This document shows, one piece after another, positions 44,349-61,481 of a stretch of 64,000 nt of DNA. Within the stretch, counting starts at the first letter, position 1; every line of letters starts with the position of its first letter. The DNA is from the human T2T-CHM13v2.0 reference genome, Homo sapiens. Where the stretch lies: the NCBI RefSeq assembly GCF_009914755.1, contig NC_060926.1; one strand, written 5' to 3'. The translations under genes were made by a program, and so were the position numbers. Below the pieces are notes generated by a model. The model saw only the letters and a program-made list of their open reading frames with translations. It did no database searches and was not told the origin of the DNA.

Positions 44349-44450
44349 CTACTCTGACCTACGACACTCTCCGGTTTGCTGAGTTTGAAGATTTTCCTGA
44401 GACCTCAGAGCCCGTTTGGATACTGGGTAGAAAATACAGCATTTTCACAG
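44349..44450 (+). CDS. ATG4B: ATG4B exon 2 (ATLTYDTLRFAEFEDFPETSEPVWILGRKYSIFT)
   Basis: caacag| acceptor, CAG|GTATCG donor, 102 nt. Contains the N-terminal YDTL LIR-like motif. Confidence 0.96.
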
Positions 44451-44602
44451 GTATCGGCCATGCTGGAGCCCACCCTGGTCTGACCGCTTGGCCTGCAGAA
44501 GCATTTTGTGATCACTGTTCTCTGCTAACTCTGCCATAACTTGTGACTTGCAAACTTAAGGCGTTGTGTGTGTGTGTTTTTTTTCTTTTAAACAACCTCT
44601 AG

Positions 44603-44674
44603 AAAAGGACGAGATCTTGTCTGATGTGGCATCTAGACTTTGGTTTACATACAGGAAAAACTTTCCAGCCATTG
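44603..44674 (+). CDS. ATG4B: ATG4B exon 3 (EKDEILSDVASRLWFTYRKNFPAI)
   Basis: ctag| acceptor, G|GTAAGT donor, 72 nt. Conserved peptidase C54 WFTYR motif. Confidence 0.96.
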
Positions 44675-46850
44675 GTAAGTACTCTGTTTTATTACAACGC
44701 GGGACAAAATATGTTTTTAGGAAGGAGGAAAACTTACGCTTGTAGATTTGACTTCAATATGCCACTGACTTCATTTGAATCTTCACAGCAATCCTGCTTA
44801 ACTGAATTGGCCGAGGCCTCACGTGTAGTAGTGGCAAAGCTAGAATCCACGGCGCCTGACTCTAGGCTAGTGTGTTTTCAACTGCAAATCCCAGCTTATT
44901 ACTGGAGCTGGAAATCAGTATCATGAGTTATGACCAACGTTGTTTTAAATGTAGGACAGAATGTCATAGAAAGCGGTGTGTGTCCGCCACGGGCACGCAG
45001 CATGGCGCTTCAGGGATCTTCGTTTTCGTTTGCATGTTTGAGTGTGTGTTCTGGGTCACAGCTGTACAATGTGTTTCTTACTTAGGTCCAGAATGTTTGG
45101 AAGCCATTCTCTGTAGCCCTCATCTTTTTTAGTATTTTCCACACTTAACCTGTGGGGAGATTTGAAGGGCCAGGTGAATGTGACATGTTTTTATGTAACA
45201 CTAAGGTGCATTCTGTTAAAAGCCATTCATCATTGTTGTATACCCTGGAGCTGGAAGGAGATGGGGACTGGTTCTCAGCCTTGCCTCTCACCGGCGGAGA
45301 ACTGAGGCCGGAGGTGAGGGCCGGGCTGGCGTCATGCTTCCTCAGTGCCAGGTCAGGGTTTGGTCCCTCTTCTAGGGGTGGTTTCATTCTTTATCCTGAA
45401 GTGAGGTGGAAGTCAAATAGCCACAACGGCTGGACATTGGAGAACACTGACGCGTAGGGACATACGACAGTGTCTCCTTAGGTTGATATTTAATGATACA
45501 CCTTGTGAGATGTACCCTGGGAATATTGATATGTAATGATATATTTTAATGACATACCTTGTCAGATGTGCCCTGGGAATAGTTGCTCATTCCACAGTTT
45601 CCGCTTGTTTCGCAGCTGCGCTGAACCTGCTCTCTTGGCCGCCTTGGATGCAGGTTTGTCCCCAGCCTCCATCTCCTTCACAGCTACCCTGCCGCGTGCT
45701 GGGAAGGAGAACAGGACTGGAGCGAAGCCTTTCTGGTTTGGCAGAGGCCTTGTGGAGGAGGTAGAGGCTGGGGATGAGCCTGCACATGAAGCAGCCCTGT
45801 CGCAGTTCTGAAGGGCAGTGTGCTGTGTTTCCTTCTTAGCCCCACGGAGATAATTTTTTAAAATTATTACTTTCATTTTTTTAATAGATGGGGTTTCGCT
45901 ATGTTGCCCAGGCTGGACTTGAACTCCTGGGCTCAAGCAGTTCTCCCTCCTCAGCCTCCTGAGTGTCTGGGACTACAGGTGCACACCACCACGCCTGGCT
46001 CTGAGATACGTTTTTATCAGCAGTAGAGCGATCAGCAGTGGAGCGAGGGTGACCATGGGCACTGCTGATTGGGTTGTTGGTGGGTGACGGCCACCACTAC
46101 CCCAAGACACAGGGTTTATTGTCCGTGCCAGTGCATGGAGAAGCTGCCGGAAGCCCAGAGGTGGGCACAGGGCGAACCTTGTGGTCTGACCCCTGAATCT
46201 CTGCTTCTCACCCTGGTGTGCAGCCACCTAGCAGCCTCTTGTCTGCTGCACAGGTGGCCCTCTCTGTTGTCACAGCTGTGCAGTGGCCTTCCACTGGACC
46301 CCTGCTATGGGCTGGCAGTGTTTCCCACGTGCCTGTCACATGCCGCGCAGTTCCATGGTGCATGTTGTCCATCTTTCTGGGCCCCAGGGAGTGGCCGTGA
46401 GGGCAGGGCCCAGGCACCTGTGCTGGAAGGGCTGAGTTGCTGCCCTTGCGGCCCTTCCTGTGCTCTCAGCAGCACTGGATGTCATCAAGCGTTTGAATTT
46501 CTGCCTTTCTGATAATTGGAAAATGCGTTGTTTTGTTTAACTTTGCATTTTCTGGATGACTTACGGGGGTCAGTGTCTTCATATGTTTGTCAGACATTCC
46601 TTTTGCTCCGTGACTGACTTGTTCATGTGTTTTGCCCATTTTGAGGAGGTTGTCGGGACATTTCACTCTCCAGTAAATGTGGCCCTTGGCGTTACTGAGT
46701 CCTAAGAGGTGTGTGTTGCCCCAGGTGGAGCTGATGGAGGAGGGAGTCGGTGCCTGTGGTGTGGGACTGACCGGCTGCCTCCTGCCAGTGGGCTTGTGGC
46801 CTGTGGGGCCATCTGGCCATGAGCACTTCTCTCTCTGTCTGCCACGACAG

Positions 46851-46949
46851 GGGGGACAGGCCCCACCTCGGACACAGGCTGGGGCTGCATGCTGCGGTGT
46901 GGACAGATGATCTTTGCCCAAGCCCTGGTGTGCCGGCACCTAGGCCGAG
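46851..46949 (+). CDS. ATG4B: ATG4B exon 4 ([33 protein letters not shown]), catalytic Cys74
   Basis: gacag| acceptor, GAG|GTGAGT donor, 99 nt. SDxGWGCMLR motif; TGC at 46886-46888 is codon 74 by exon arithmetic. Confidence 0.97.
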
Positions 46950-47558
46950 GTGAGTCACAGCCCTGGGGAGGGCGCATGGCCACGGTGTTCTCAGGAAGCA
47001 AAGGGGACTGTGGGGTCAGGGCTCTTTAGAGCAGACCGCAGGTAAAACAGTAAGTAGAACTTGGGGGTTTCTTGAGTAATGAGCCACTTGTTTTTCTTGA
47101 TTTAAAAAACTGACTTTAAAGAATGCTAATAAATCCGCATGGGCAACATGGCGAGACCCCGTCTCACAAAAAATACAAAAATTAGCCAGGCGTGGTGGCT
47201 CCTGCCTGTAGTCCCAGCTACTTCGGAGACTGATGTGGAGAATTGCTAGAACCCAGGAGATGGAGGCTGCAGTGAGCTGAGATCGCACCACTGCGCTCCA
47301 GCCTCTGCAACAGAGTTAGACCCTATCTGAAAAAAAAAAAAAAAAAAAAAGAAGAAGAAGAATGCTAATAAATGTTTTAAATTACTGAAACTGTTTTCTG
47401 TACAGATTTGTTTTGATAACTTGGCGTATATGTATTTGAAATCCTGGAGAACATGGGTTTTTACTTTTAAAAGATTCTGGGCTGGGTGTGGTGGCTCACG
47501 CCTGTAATCCCAGCACTTTGGGATGCCGAGGCGGGTGGGTCACGAGGTCAGGAGATCA

Positions 47559-47839
<281 letters not shown>

Positions 47840-47882
47840 TCATATTTATGGTAGAGCTGACCTGTAATTTTTTTTCCAATAG

Positions 47883-47984
47883 ATTGGAGGTGGACACAAA
47901 GGAAGAGGCAGCCAGACAGCTACTTCAGCGTCCTCAACGCATTCATCGACAGGAAGGACAGTTACTACTCCATTCACCAGATAG
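47883..47984 (+). CDS. ATG4B: ATG4B exon 5 (DWRWTQRKRQPDSYFSVLNAFIDRKDSYYSIHQI)
   Basis: Poly-T...aatag| acceptor, TAG|GTGGGA donor, 102 nt, in frame. Confidence 0.95.
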   Translation: MGGGHKGRGSQTATSASSTHSSTGRTVTTPFTR

Positions 47985-48607
47985 GTGGGAGGCTGCAGAA
48001 TGTGCCAGGCCCCACCCGGGCTGTCTGGAGAGGGTGGAGTGGTCGGTTTCCCCTCAGAGCTTTTCTGGTGTCGTGGGATGTGGAGCAGGAGGCTGTAAAC
48101 CTGTAAACACTGACCTCTGACCATCTGTGCGCTGCTGTCACATCACCCCCGTGTCATCCCACATCACCCCCGTCCCACCCAGGCCCAGACCCTGGGCCTT
48201 GCCCTTCCTGCTGTCCATGCGGCTTGCAGTGCCTGGTGCTCGGCACAGTCTGGGGAAATTGGCCTCGCCCCATCAGTGAATCTGAATGCTCAGATTGAAG
48301 TGGAGTGAGTAAAGAAGAGTTGGCCTTTCTTGCAAGCAAGGCCGGCTTTTGAGCACTGTGTTTTCACTTATAGAAGGAAGTGGTCCCTTCATTTCCCCTC
48401 CTTTTCTAAGTTCATAGTGAAGGACAGTCCCTGAGACCTTGTTTGCCCCCTCATGCCTCCCCCGATCTTGTTGGGGCATCCTTCCGTCTGGAGGCTGGGT
48501 CGGGTGCTGTCCAGGCCTTCCTGTGACGTGTCTCCTGGCACCACGTGCCACCAGAGGTCAGGGCTGGGGGCGGGTGTGTGTTGCTAATGTGTATCTGTTC
48601 CCTGCAG

Positions 48608-48680
48608 CGCAAATGGGAGTTGGCGAAGGCAAGTCCATAGGCCAGTGGTACGGGCCCAACACTGTCGCCCAGGTCCTGAA
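48608..48680 (+). CDS. ATG4B: ATG4B exon 6 (AQMGVGEGKSIGQWYGPNTVAQVLK)
   Basis: ctgcag| acceptor, AA|GTATGT donor, 73 nt. GxWyGP motif including Trp142. Confidence 0.95.
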
Positions 48681-50162
48681 GTATGTACTGCGCTTCCACT
48701 GCTGAGCATGGGGCAGCAGGGATGTTCCCTGGGGGTTAAATTCTCCTTGAGTCTTCATGGCTACAGGAAATAAGGGGTCTCTAATTATTTACTTCATGGC
48801 CCTCAGAAGGTTTCTCAGCGATGACTGTGTTGAGGTCTTGTGAATAGGAATTTATGTTTTCTAACAAAATGAACACCGTAGTCCACATCCTGGCTGGCAC
48901 ATTGGACCCTTGTTCTTTGCTGCATGGATCCACCTGTAATGGTGGCTTCTGATGGGGTGGGCAGCTGAAGCTAGTCTGCAGCCATCTGTGCGGGTGCCGG
49001 GCCCTTCCACCTCTGCAGGCTTGTTGGAGGCTGCCCTCCGCGGGCCTTGCCACCTGCCTTTCTCACTCTACCCGGAGACTCCCTGTAGCCTCGCTCACCT
49101 TCCCATACACCTCAGCGTCTGAAAGTGTGCTCTGCACCTGCTCCGCACCGCTTCCTTTCGCACCTCACTCAGCCCCATTGCGTGCCCGCCCCCCAGATTC
49201 CTCTGAGATGACCTTCCCTGCAGTTCCAGAAACTTGCCTGTGGTTTCAGCTTCGTGTCCACTCTTCACTCCTCTTGACCCATCCAGGGTCATTTGGTCTG
49301 ATTCCATGTGTCCTGGCATCCCAGCATTTTTGGGGAGGCTCTGGCCAGATCCCCCAGGACTTGTCCCCTCAGGGTCTCCTCCCCACTGGTCTGAGGGCCA
49401 GCGTCTCCCCAGCCTGTCTTCAGCCACGGCCCCCTTGAAGCCTCTCCTTCTGCATCTGCCTGTTCTGTATCCCACTCAAGGCCCTCAGGCATCCCACGTT
49501 CCACATTCCTGAAATGGCCCTGTCTCCCCTCACCCACAGCCTGCTCCTCAGCATGGCAGTCACTGTCTCCACCCAGCTTTTCTGTCAGGTTCCCTGGGGT
49601 CCTGCACAAGTCCGTCTCTGCCACATCCCACGTCACCCGCGTCCCACGTCACCCCCGTCCCACATCCCCAGCCTGCTGCTCCCTCTGTCTCCAGGGCCCG
49701 CCCTGTGTTTGGCGTGGCACCTGCTCAGTCCCTACTGCATGCCCTTCAGAGTCCTCTGTCCAGCAGCTCCCCAGCCCCCACCACACCCTTCCACTCACAC
49801 TTCTCTTGCTGCTGCCTGGAGTGGCCCCACCAAGTCAGCGCTGTTTCTCTGGAAGCACCAGGCCACTCGCCATGCTCGCTGTTTCTCCTGGTCCCCTGCC
49901 TGCTCCCCACCAGCCCCCGCCCCTGTTGCTGGATGATCCTCCCCAACCTGCAAGTGCTGTGGCACTCAGGCACATGGACGGCTTCCAGGGCTGATTTGTC
50001 CCTGGACTCCAAGCTCAGGTCCAGCTGCTTATTCTGCATTTCCACCTGGGTATCTGTGTGCATGGTGACCTGACAGCCAGAGCCCGTGCTGGCCCCAGCC
50101 TGCTTCTCCTACAGTGGTCCTTCAGGTGCTCAAACCAAAATCTGGGATTGTTCTAGACCCCT

Positions 50163-51085
<923 letters not shown>

Positions 51086-52446
51086 TGATCTTCCTTCTCT
51101 CTTTGTCATCCTAGAGTCTCTTTAGCAAATAACAGCAGAGCCATCTGCATAAAACATATTGGCCACTGCTCTGCCTTGAACCGCCCTGGCTCTTCACTGC
51201 TGACTCAGGCGGGGCTCTACCCGACCTCCCTGGCATGACACCTTGTGCTCCTGGGACACACCAGCCTCAGGGCCTTTGCATGTGTGGTGCCTGGCACTTG
51301 GACCCTGTTCCCCCGACACCTGCCTGGGTTGCGCCCCATGTCTGCCCAGGTACCCTTTGGCACCAAGGTCTTCCCTGTGGCTACGTTAGTAGTGCCACTC
51401 CCCGTTCCTGCGTTACTGTTCTCTGCAGTGTTGACCACCGGCCCACGTGGCTGCTGCTTCCTTGTTTGCCCTCCGCCTGGTCAGCTTTGCCAGTGCTGCT
51501 GTGTCCCTTGTGTGTGGGTGCGTCTTCGGCACTGCATCTGGGCTAGAGGTGGGAGGAGGAAGGTGGTGTGGGAGTGGGGCGGGGAAGCAGGCTGTCCTCC
51601 CATCTTCAGCACTGCAGCTGGGCTGGAGATGGGAGGAGGAAGGTGGTGGGGCAGGGGGGCAGTGGGGGGCAGGCTGTCCTCCCAGTGTCCCCCCTGGGCT
51701 TGTGCATTGGGAGGGGCTCTGTGTGGTCACCCCAGTCCCCTGCTCCACCCCCACCCAGCTCCCCTCCACAGGTCTTGCATTCTGTCCCCGGGAGCACCAG
51801 GTCTTTGCTGCCTCAGGGCCTTTTCTATTGTTTTACCTTTTGTTGAGGTCCTCTGACCCCACCTCCGCCAGACCTGAGATGAGATCAGAGTCGTGTTAGA
51901 CTTTTGGCTGCAGAATCTGCCCTTCCCTCAGAAGGGGAAATCCAAGGCCATGGTTCCTCCTCACTGGCGTGCACAGTCGTGCTTCCCACTAAGCTGCAGA
52001 TTTCTCTATAAGGACTCAGATTCCTTGGTTGTCAGCTCAGCGTGTTTGGTGGAGGGGAGAGCAGAGCAGAGCGTGAAGGTGCTGGGAGGCCTGCCTCAAA
52101 GTTGGCAAAACCCACAGCGTCTCAGAGCTGCGTTCATGTTCTAGTTCCTGCCTCTGTGCCAGTGAGACCAGAAAACCAGGCCACTCAAAAGCCTCTTGCG
52201 TGTGCTCTCTATGAATGGAGGCTGGGGCAAGGGCAGGACCCCTGGGCCTCAGGCGAGAAGAAGCAGATTTACCCTCAGCTTTCTTCCTGTCTGTGGCATT
52301 GGCTGTGCCCCGGATTTTAGGAGCCTTGGCCCTTCTCATCCGAGAAGCACCTCTAACGCGAACCCTCCTTCGCGCAGCTATAGCTGCAAAGATGAACCGT
52401 CTTTGAATTGTACAAAAGCTTATGGTCATTCTCCTACTCTCTGTAG

Positions 52447-52526
52447 GAAGCTTGCTGTCTTCGATACGTGGAGCTCCTTGGCGGTCCACATTGCAATGGA
52501 CAACACTGTTGTGATGGAGGAAATCA
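52447..52526 (+). CDS. ATG4B: ATG4B exon 7 (KLAVFDTWSSLAVHIAMDNTVVMEEI)
   Basis: ctgtag| acceptor, A|GTAAGT donor, 80 nt, frame-consistent. Confidence 0.95.
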
Positions 52527-53248
52527 GTAAGTGGCTCAGAGTTTCCATGGACAAGAAAGTTGAAATCACGGGCAACATACACACTTCCTCGCCTGAGTCC
52601 CCACGGGAGCCTCGGCGAGTGTTGTCAGTCGCCCCATGCCGTGCAGGTGCTCCGTGGGGCCTGTGCGCCAAGCCAGATGCACGGTGGCCTCGCTCTCCTA
52701 TCCCGGCGGTCATACCAAGAGAGGAGAGCCCAGGCTGTCTGGAGGCCGCGACTTGGTATCTCACGTCGTGTTTTGTGTCTTGGTTACAAATCGTTTATGA
52801 AGGCCCTGCTGTGCTTAGGCGCCCTCGTGTGGGAATTCTGGTGAAGTTATTTTGCGTGCCTTGATGTGCGACAGAGAGATGTAGCAACCATCTCTAGCTG
52901 CACCATCTCGAGCAAAGGCACGTCGTGAAGGCAGAGCTCTTTTCAGCTTTCTGGAAGAAAGGTCTGCTGCAACCCTGAAGGAACCTGGGCGTGGCAACAT
53001 TTACATCTAGGAGGAAAACTGTGGCTCAGTTTTAACAAATGGGCTCATTGAGTGAGTTCCAAATTCATGTTTCACCTTCCATGATGTAGCCAAGCTGAGA
53101 ACTCTTAAAAATGCCTCACCGCCTTTTTCACTCAGGGCCACCTTTTTCCCAAGGAACTTCTCAAAACTCCCTCAATTCCAATTTTATTGAAGTTCTACAT
53201 GTAGGCTATTGCCTTGAATCCAATTTTCCATAAGAAAGAGCTCATTTA

Positions 53249-53552
<304 letters not shown>

Positions 53553-56290
53553 TCAGAGCCACAGCCGTAACTGCGCACAGATTCACAGTGGGAGTGGGTC
53601 CTGCCCTGTGACTGTGGGTGTGCCAGGTCACCACACAGGTGTGTGCTGGGTCACAGACACGCCCCTTCCCTGCCTCTCCATTCTGTTTCTTCGTCGTCTG
53701 GCCATCCTCGGGGGCATTGTGACACAGCGGAGGGAGTGAGGCAGGACTTTATAAGGGAGAGTGAGGCTGGCTTCTGCAGCATTGAGAGCTTTGCCACAGC
53801 AGGCTCTCCTTCCAGGATTCTGTTCCTCAGAGACTTGAACTTGGGATCATAACCAAAGGGTGTTTGTTTCTTCCATCTGCCTTTTTCCTCCATTCTGTTT
53901 CTTGAAATTTTTATAAAACATTGGAAACACAGGAAGAGTACAAAGAAAGAGAAAAATTATTGATTTTACCACTCAGAAATAACTCATATGAGCATTTTGA
54001 CATTCTTACTCTCAGTATTTCTCCTGTGCTTTTCAAAAACTTACATAGTTTCCTAAGTATTTTCTCCTGGCCATGAGTGACAGCATTGTAATTATTAACT
54101 GGCTACACAATATACTATTATACCTTAGTTCCCTGTTCACTGCCCCATCCTCCCTCCCGTGTTTGGGGAAATCACTTACCCCCTCGTTCCGCACGCGTGC
54201 TCAGGATCTCACCAAGTCACACCTCAGTCCCTGGCCTCGGATTAGGGAGGCTGTTGCTGGGTGCAGTGGCCAGGAAGGCGCAAGGGTCAGGGCTTCCTAG
54301 AACCTCCGTCCCTCTGGGTGCAGGTAGCACTGGTGGGAGTGTTGGGGGCAGCTTGTCTGTGTGGACTCCAGCTCCGTCCCTTCGGGAGTCTCAGGGCTGC
54401 CCAAAGCAGTGCTGCTGAAACGTGGCTTGTCAGAGTGAGAGTGGAGTCAGGTCCTGGAAGAGCTTGAATCTGCATTTCCCAGCCCCTGGGGATGGTGGCT
54501 CCCGGGAGGATGTGGAGGCTGCCTGGTCTGACTGGCTTCGTCTCACTGCGTCAGCTGCCTGAAAGGACACTGTTCCTCACAGGAGCATGTGGAAGGTGCC
54601 TGATGCCCCCATTTAGGAAGAAAGGCATCCACATCCAGCCAGCAAAGGCACTGGCATTGATGCACAAGGCTTGGGTTTCTGGGTTCCTGAGTGTGGCGTG
54701 GTGTTGTGAGGAGGACATCGGGGTCGTTCTGAATGACCCCTACCAAAAGCCCCAGGAGGGAGTAGTGGGGGGAGGGCAGGAAGCAGGCTGCTTTTTTCAG
54801 TCGTGCTGCTAAGAGTGCGCAAGGGAGGACGTCTGAGGAAGAAGTCCGCAAAGCCGAAGCTAGAGAAACAGACGTGTCCTTGGCTAAGCAAGGACTTTTC
54901 TTCTAGTTTCTCGGAACTGCTTGTGGAAGGAGCAGTTAGATAGGAGAAGACTGATGCCATTCAGAAATTCCACTAAAGCTTCTTCCTGCAGCGAAAGAGC
55001 TGCCTGACGGTGTTCCCACTCAGATTTTAGGTGAAGCCTGTGGGGTAAGGGGAGACCTTACTGCCTACAGTGTCCCCATCCACCAACCCATCCCCCCCGC
55101 AACTCATCCTTCTGTCCACCCCCAGTCAAAGGCCAGCCAGGACATCCTTAGCATGCTCTTCTTGTCCTTAACGTTGATGGGCTTAGACCTTTCTAACGAC
55201 AGTAGACAGAATGTCACTGAATGTAGGGAGGAAATACAGATTGGAAAACGTGTCAGTCTGGCAGTGAGGACAAATGACTCCAATGAAAGAAAAGTAAATA
55301 CCAGAGCAAGCACAGTCAGAAACAGAGTGGGGAGGAGAATCACAATAGCTGGAACTCAACTCTCTGAGAGGCAGTGCAGCCAAATAGAGGCAGCTGAGAG
55401 CAGAGTATGTGGATTAGAACTTTTCGGGAGAGTTGGCCACTGAAGGAGTAGGAGAAAATTCCCCTGAGTTGGTGAGAGTTGAGTCTTTAGAGCTAAAGAC
55501 CCCCAAATTTTTTTATCAGAAGTACTTAAACATACATGTTCCTGATAATATTTCCAAATTGCAGAAGTAAAGGGAAACTTCTCTAAACATCCAAATAATA
55601 GTATCACTACTAAGCTGCTTTGAAGAAAGGCAGTCTCAACTGGCCTGGGCATCTCATCTTTGTGCCATACCAAATGCTACTGGAAAATGTTTAGAATTCT
55701 GAGAAAAGACCTGGCTTCATGAGGTGAGAGTAGGTATGTGTACTGTGTAGTTGTCATTGATAGAGAAATATAAATTTTAAATGTGTTCAAAATATAAAGA
55801 GAACACGAGAAAATTTCAGGTGGTGGCAGGAATAGGCAAAAGCCCGTTGCACCCTGTTGACAGCAGGGTGTTTGTGACGTGGTAGGTCACACACTCAGTG
55901 CTGGGCTCTGGAGGCACAGAAGCAACCGGCCCAGCTACGCATCAGCCCTTGAGCCGATTCATGTGTTCGATCATATTCCTGAGACAGTAGGGTCTGTGCA
56001 GGTAACAAAGCACCAGTCAGCAGGAAACTCACCACCGGGAAGCCTTTCTATCAAAACATAACTTCAAAATCAGTAAAGTGGGCCGGGCATGGTGGCTCAT
56101 GCCTATAATCCCAACTTCAAAATCAATAAAGCGGGCCGGGCGCGGTGGCTCACGCCTATAATCCCAACTTCAAAACCAATAAAGTGGGCCGGGCGCGGTG
56201 GCTCACGCCTATAATCCCAACTTCAAAATCAATAAAGCGGGCCGGGCATGGTGGCTCACGCCTATAATCCCAACTTCAAAACCAATAAAG

Positions 56291-58548
<2,258 letters not shown>

Positions 58549-59200
58549 TCATGGCCACAAACCCTCCACCTAGATCCACCAATTGTGTTTTGACACGCTT
58601 GGTTTTTATGAGCAAGCCTCCTACGAATGAGAGTGTTCCTGAGAGCCACACAGCCTCATCACCACAAAAGAGGTGACGCCACGACTCACCAGGGTCCGTC
58701 TTGGCCCCTTGCTGTCCAGGGAACAACCCGTGCCGCTGATTTGTGTTCCTGGTTGAGGGTCCGGTGCTGTGTGTATATAGTTGTGATGTCTTTCTAGTCT
58801 TTAATTGAGAAGGTTCTGCCTCTTTGTTGTGGTTGTTGCTGCTTTGTGGCATTTTTGACGAGTTCAGGTCAGCTGACCATCCCACACGCTGGATTTGTCT
58901 GCTTCCTCACAGTTGGGCTTGGGTTGAGCCTGTGGCTGAGAGTAGCCTCTGGGTGGCAGTGTCCTCTGCTCTCCCATCCGGGGCCTGCAGTGGGACACTA
59001 TGTCAGATCCCCAGAGATGGTGTCTTTTTTCCTTTGTAATTAATGAATAATCCAGTGGTGACACTGAGCATGTCCTGGTGAGCTGTGTGACTCCTGCCTG
59101 ATAATGGTGGTTTTTCTAGCCTGTCCTTTCCTTTCACGTTTATTGGTTGGCGTTCTGAGAAGAGCCGCCTTTTCTCCCATCACTTAGTGTGCAGTGTGCT

Positions 59201-59267
59201 ACCTGTCACCTGTCTGTCACCTGTCAGTCACTGTCACCTGTCACTGTCACTGTCACCTGTCACTGTC
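59201..59267. repeat. (CTGTCA/CACCTGT)n simple repeat
   Basis: Directly visible. Confidence 0.85.
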
Positions 59268-59983
59268 CATCTTTTTGATGCTTGACGGTTCCACCTTTGG
59301 CCGGTGGCCACCTCAGTCTGGTGGTGTCTTTTGCCGTGTTCTGGCATTTTTCGTTTATGTTTTGAGCCCTCCCTTATGTTCTGGGTTAAGCAGATGCTGC
59401 AGGCACCTCTGAACATTCCCTGCCTGGCCCTGGAATCAGCCTGGCTCCTCTGAGTGGGGAGTGGTGTTGAGAAACCTCGATCTAGACGCCGGGCATGCTC
59501 CATGCTCCCGGAGTGTCTTCTCCCATCACCGCACCCTCCGGTTGATGTGTCCTCCGGACCATTGACTCACGGGTGTGTGTAGGCAGAAGGGGTGGAAGCG
59601 AGGAAAGGCGTTGCTGAGGAGGCCCGGAGGGAGCGGGTTCTGGCTGTGCTGGCACTAGCCAGGCTGGCAGGCTGCGTGGGTACTTCTGTGATTTTCCTCT
59701 CAAGTGCACGTGGCTTTTTCTTGCACTGTTTCGTGTGTGTGCTTTATTTCACAATAAAACTCTTGAATTAAGTATGCATAGAAACTATTTCTTTTTTCTC
59801 TGGGTGGCAAGATTATGAAAAAATTTTCTTACGCTTTTCTATATTTTCCAAGTTTGAATTTCACTGTAAGCACCTGGCTTTGTACCGCCCTTTTTCTGTT
59901 ACACAGTCATCATTTGCTTGCTTGTTGTGGGAGCACTTTTGCACAGGTCTGCTTGGTTACTGAAAGCATGTCTCCCTTTCTAG

Positions 59984-60177
59984 GAAGGTTGTGCAGGACC
60001 AGCGTTCCCTGTGCAGGCGCCACTGCGTTTCCTGCAGATTCCGACCGGCACTGCAACGGATTCCCTGCCGGAGCTGAGGTCACCAACAGGCCGTCGCCAT
60101 GGAGACCCCTGGTACTTCTCATTCCCCTGCGCCTGGGGCTCACGGACATCAACGAGGCCTACGTGGAGACGCTGAAG
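59984..60177 (+). CDS. ATG4B: ATG4B exon 8 (RRLCRTSVPC...WRPLVLLIPLRLGLTDINEAYVETLK)
   Basis: tttctag| acceptor, AAG|GTGGGT donor, 194 nt. Conserved LLIPLRLG motif. Confidence 0.96.
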
Positions 60178-60664
60178 GTGGGTCCTGCCGTGCGGCGCTT
60201 GCCCTGAGTCCCCGTCCCCTTCTCCCAGTTCTTAGTCACTTTCAGCGCATCGTCGTCACGTGGCCATTTGTGCAGCCGGCTCTCGGGGGAGGGGTAAACA
60301 ACCCTGGTTTACACCGTTGCCCAAGGGGTGAGTGGGCGTGAGGCACGTCCATCAGTAGGCACGTGCTGCTTTCGTTCTGCAAGTGTCAAGGCGAGTGTCG
60401 AGGATGAAAGCATGAGGCGCTTGCAGGGGGTCCTCGGAACCAGGTGCCACTCCTCGGCCTGACGGGGAGCCCCGCCCCCTCCCGGGTCTCCACTGTGCCC
60501 CAGGCATGCCCACCCCACTCCCCCACAGCCCTCTTGGCCTGAGGTCCCTTCGGAGGGTGGGTTGGCCTGTGAGGAAGGGACGTGTGGGCAGGGCCTGGGG
60601 ATGGGCAGGGCTGTGTGAGGAGCTCCAGCCACAGGCTCCCCCATGTCATGAAAGCAAAAGGGGG

Positions 60665-60989
<325 letters not shown>

Positions 60990-61481
60990 TCAGGTAACTC
61001 AAATTTTAGACCAAGGAGTCACATTTGTATGGAACTGAAATGTGGCTTCCTGTTAAAATTATTCAGTTGTCTGAACTTGGCCCCTCCGTCCAGCCTTCTG
61101 CCCATCCTGTGGGGTCTCAGCTGCCCCCACACATAGGCCCCGTCTCCATCGCTTCTGCCCTGTCAGGTCAAAGCACTCAGCAGGGCCACCTCCCGCACCC
61201 CTGCTCACATCTCCTGCCAGGCCCCCTCACTCCCGGCCTCCCCAAAGCCCACCTCTGACATGAAGCTTCCCTGAGCTGAGCCTGCAGATTGGGTTTCTTG
61301 TGCCTGTGGGATGTCCTGTGGTCTTTCCTGGACAGTAAGCTCTTTGGTACCATGTCCCCTCCTGTCCCCTCTTGTGTCACCCAGTTGGGCCTCAGCAGGC
61401 CCTTGGTTCCCCTATGGCAGTGGGTGGGGGGACCGTCTGCTCCCACCTGGGACCTGTGCTCAGTCCCCCGCCCCTCCACAG

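Noticed and set aside
52196-52864. 222-aa ORF spanning ATG4B exon 7
   Set aside because: Only the 80-nt exon is ATG4B-like; the flanks are intronic and the start codon is TTG.
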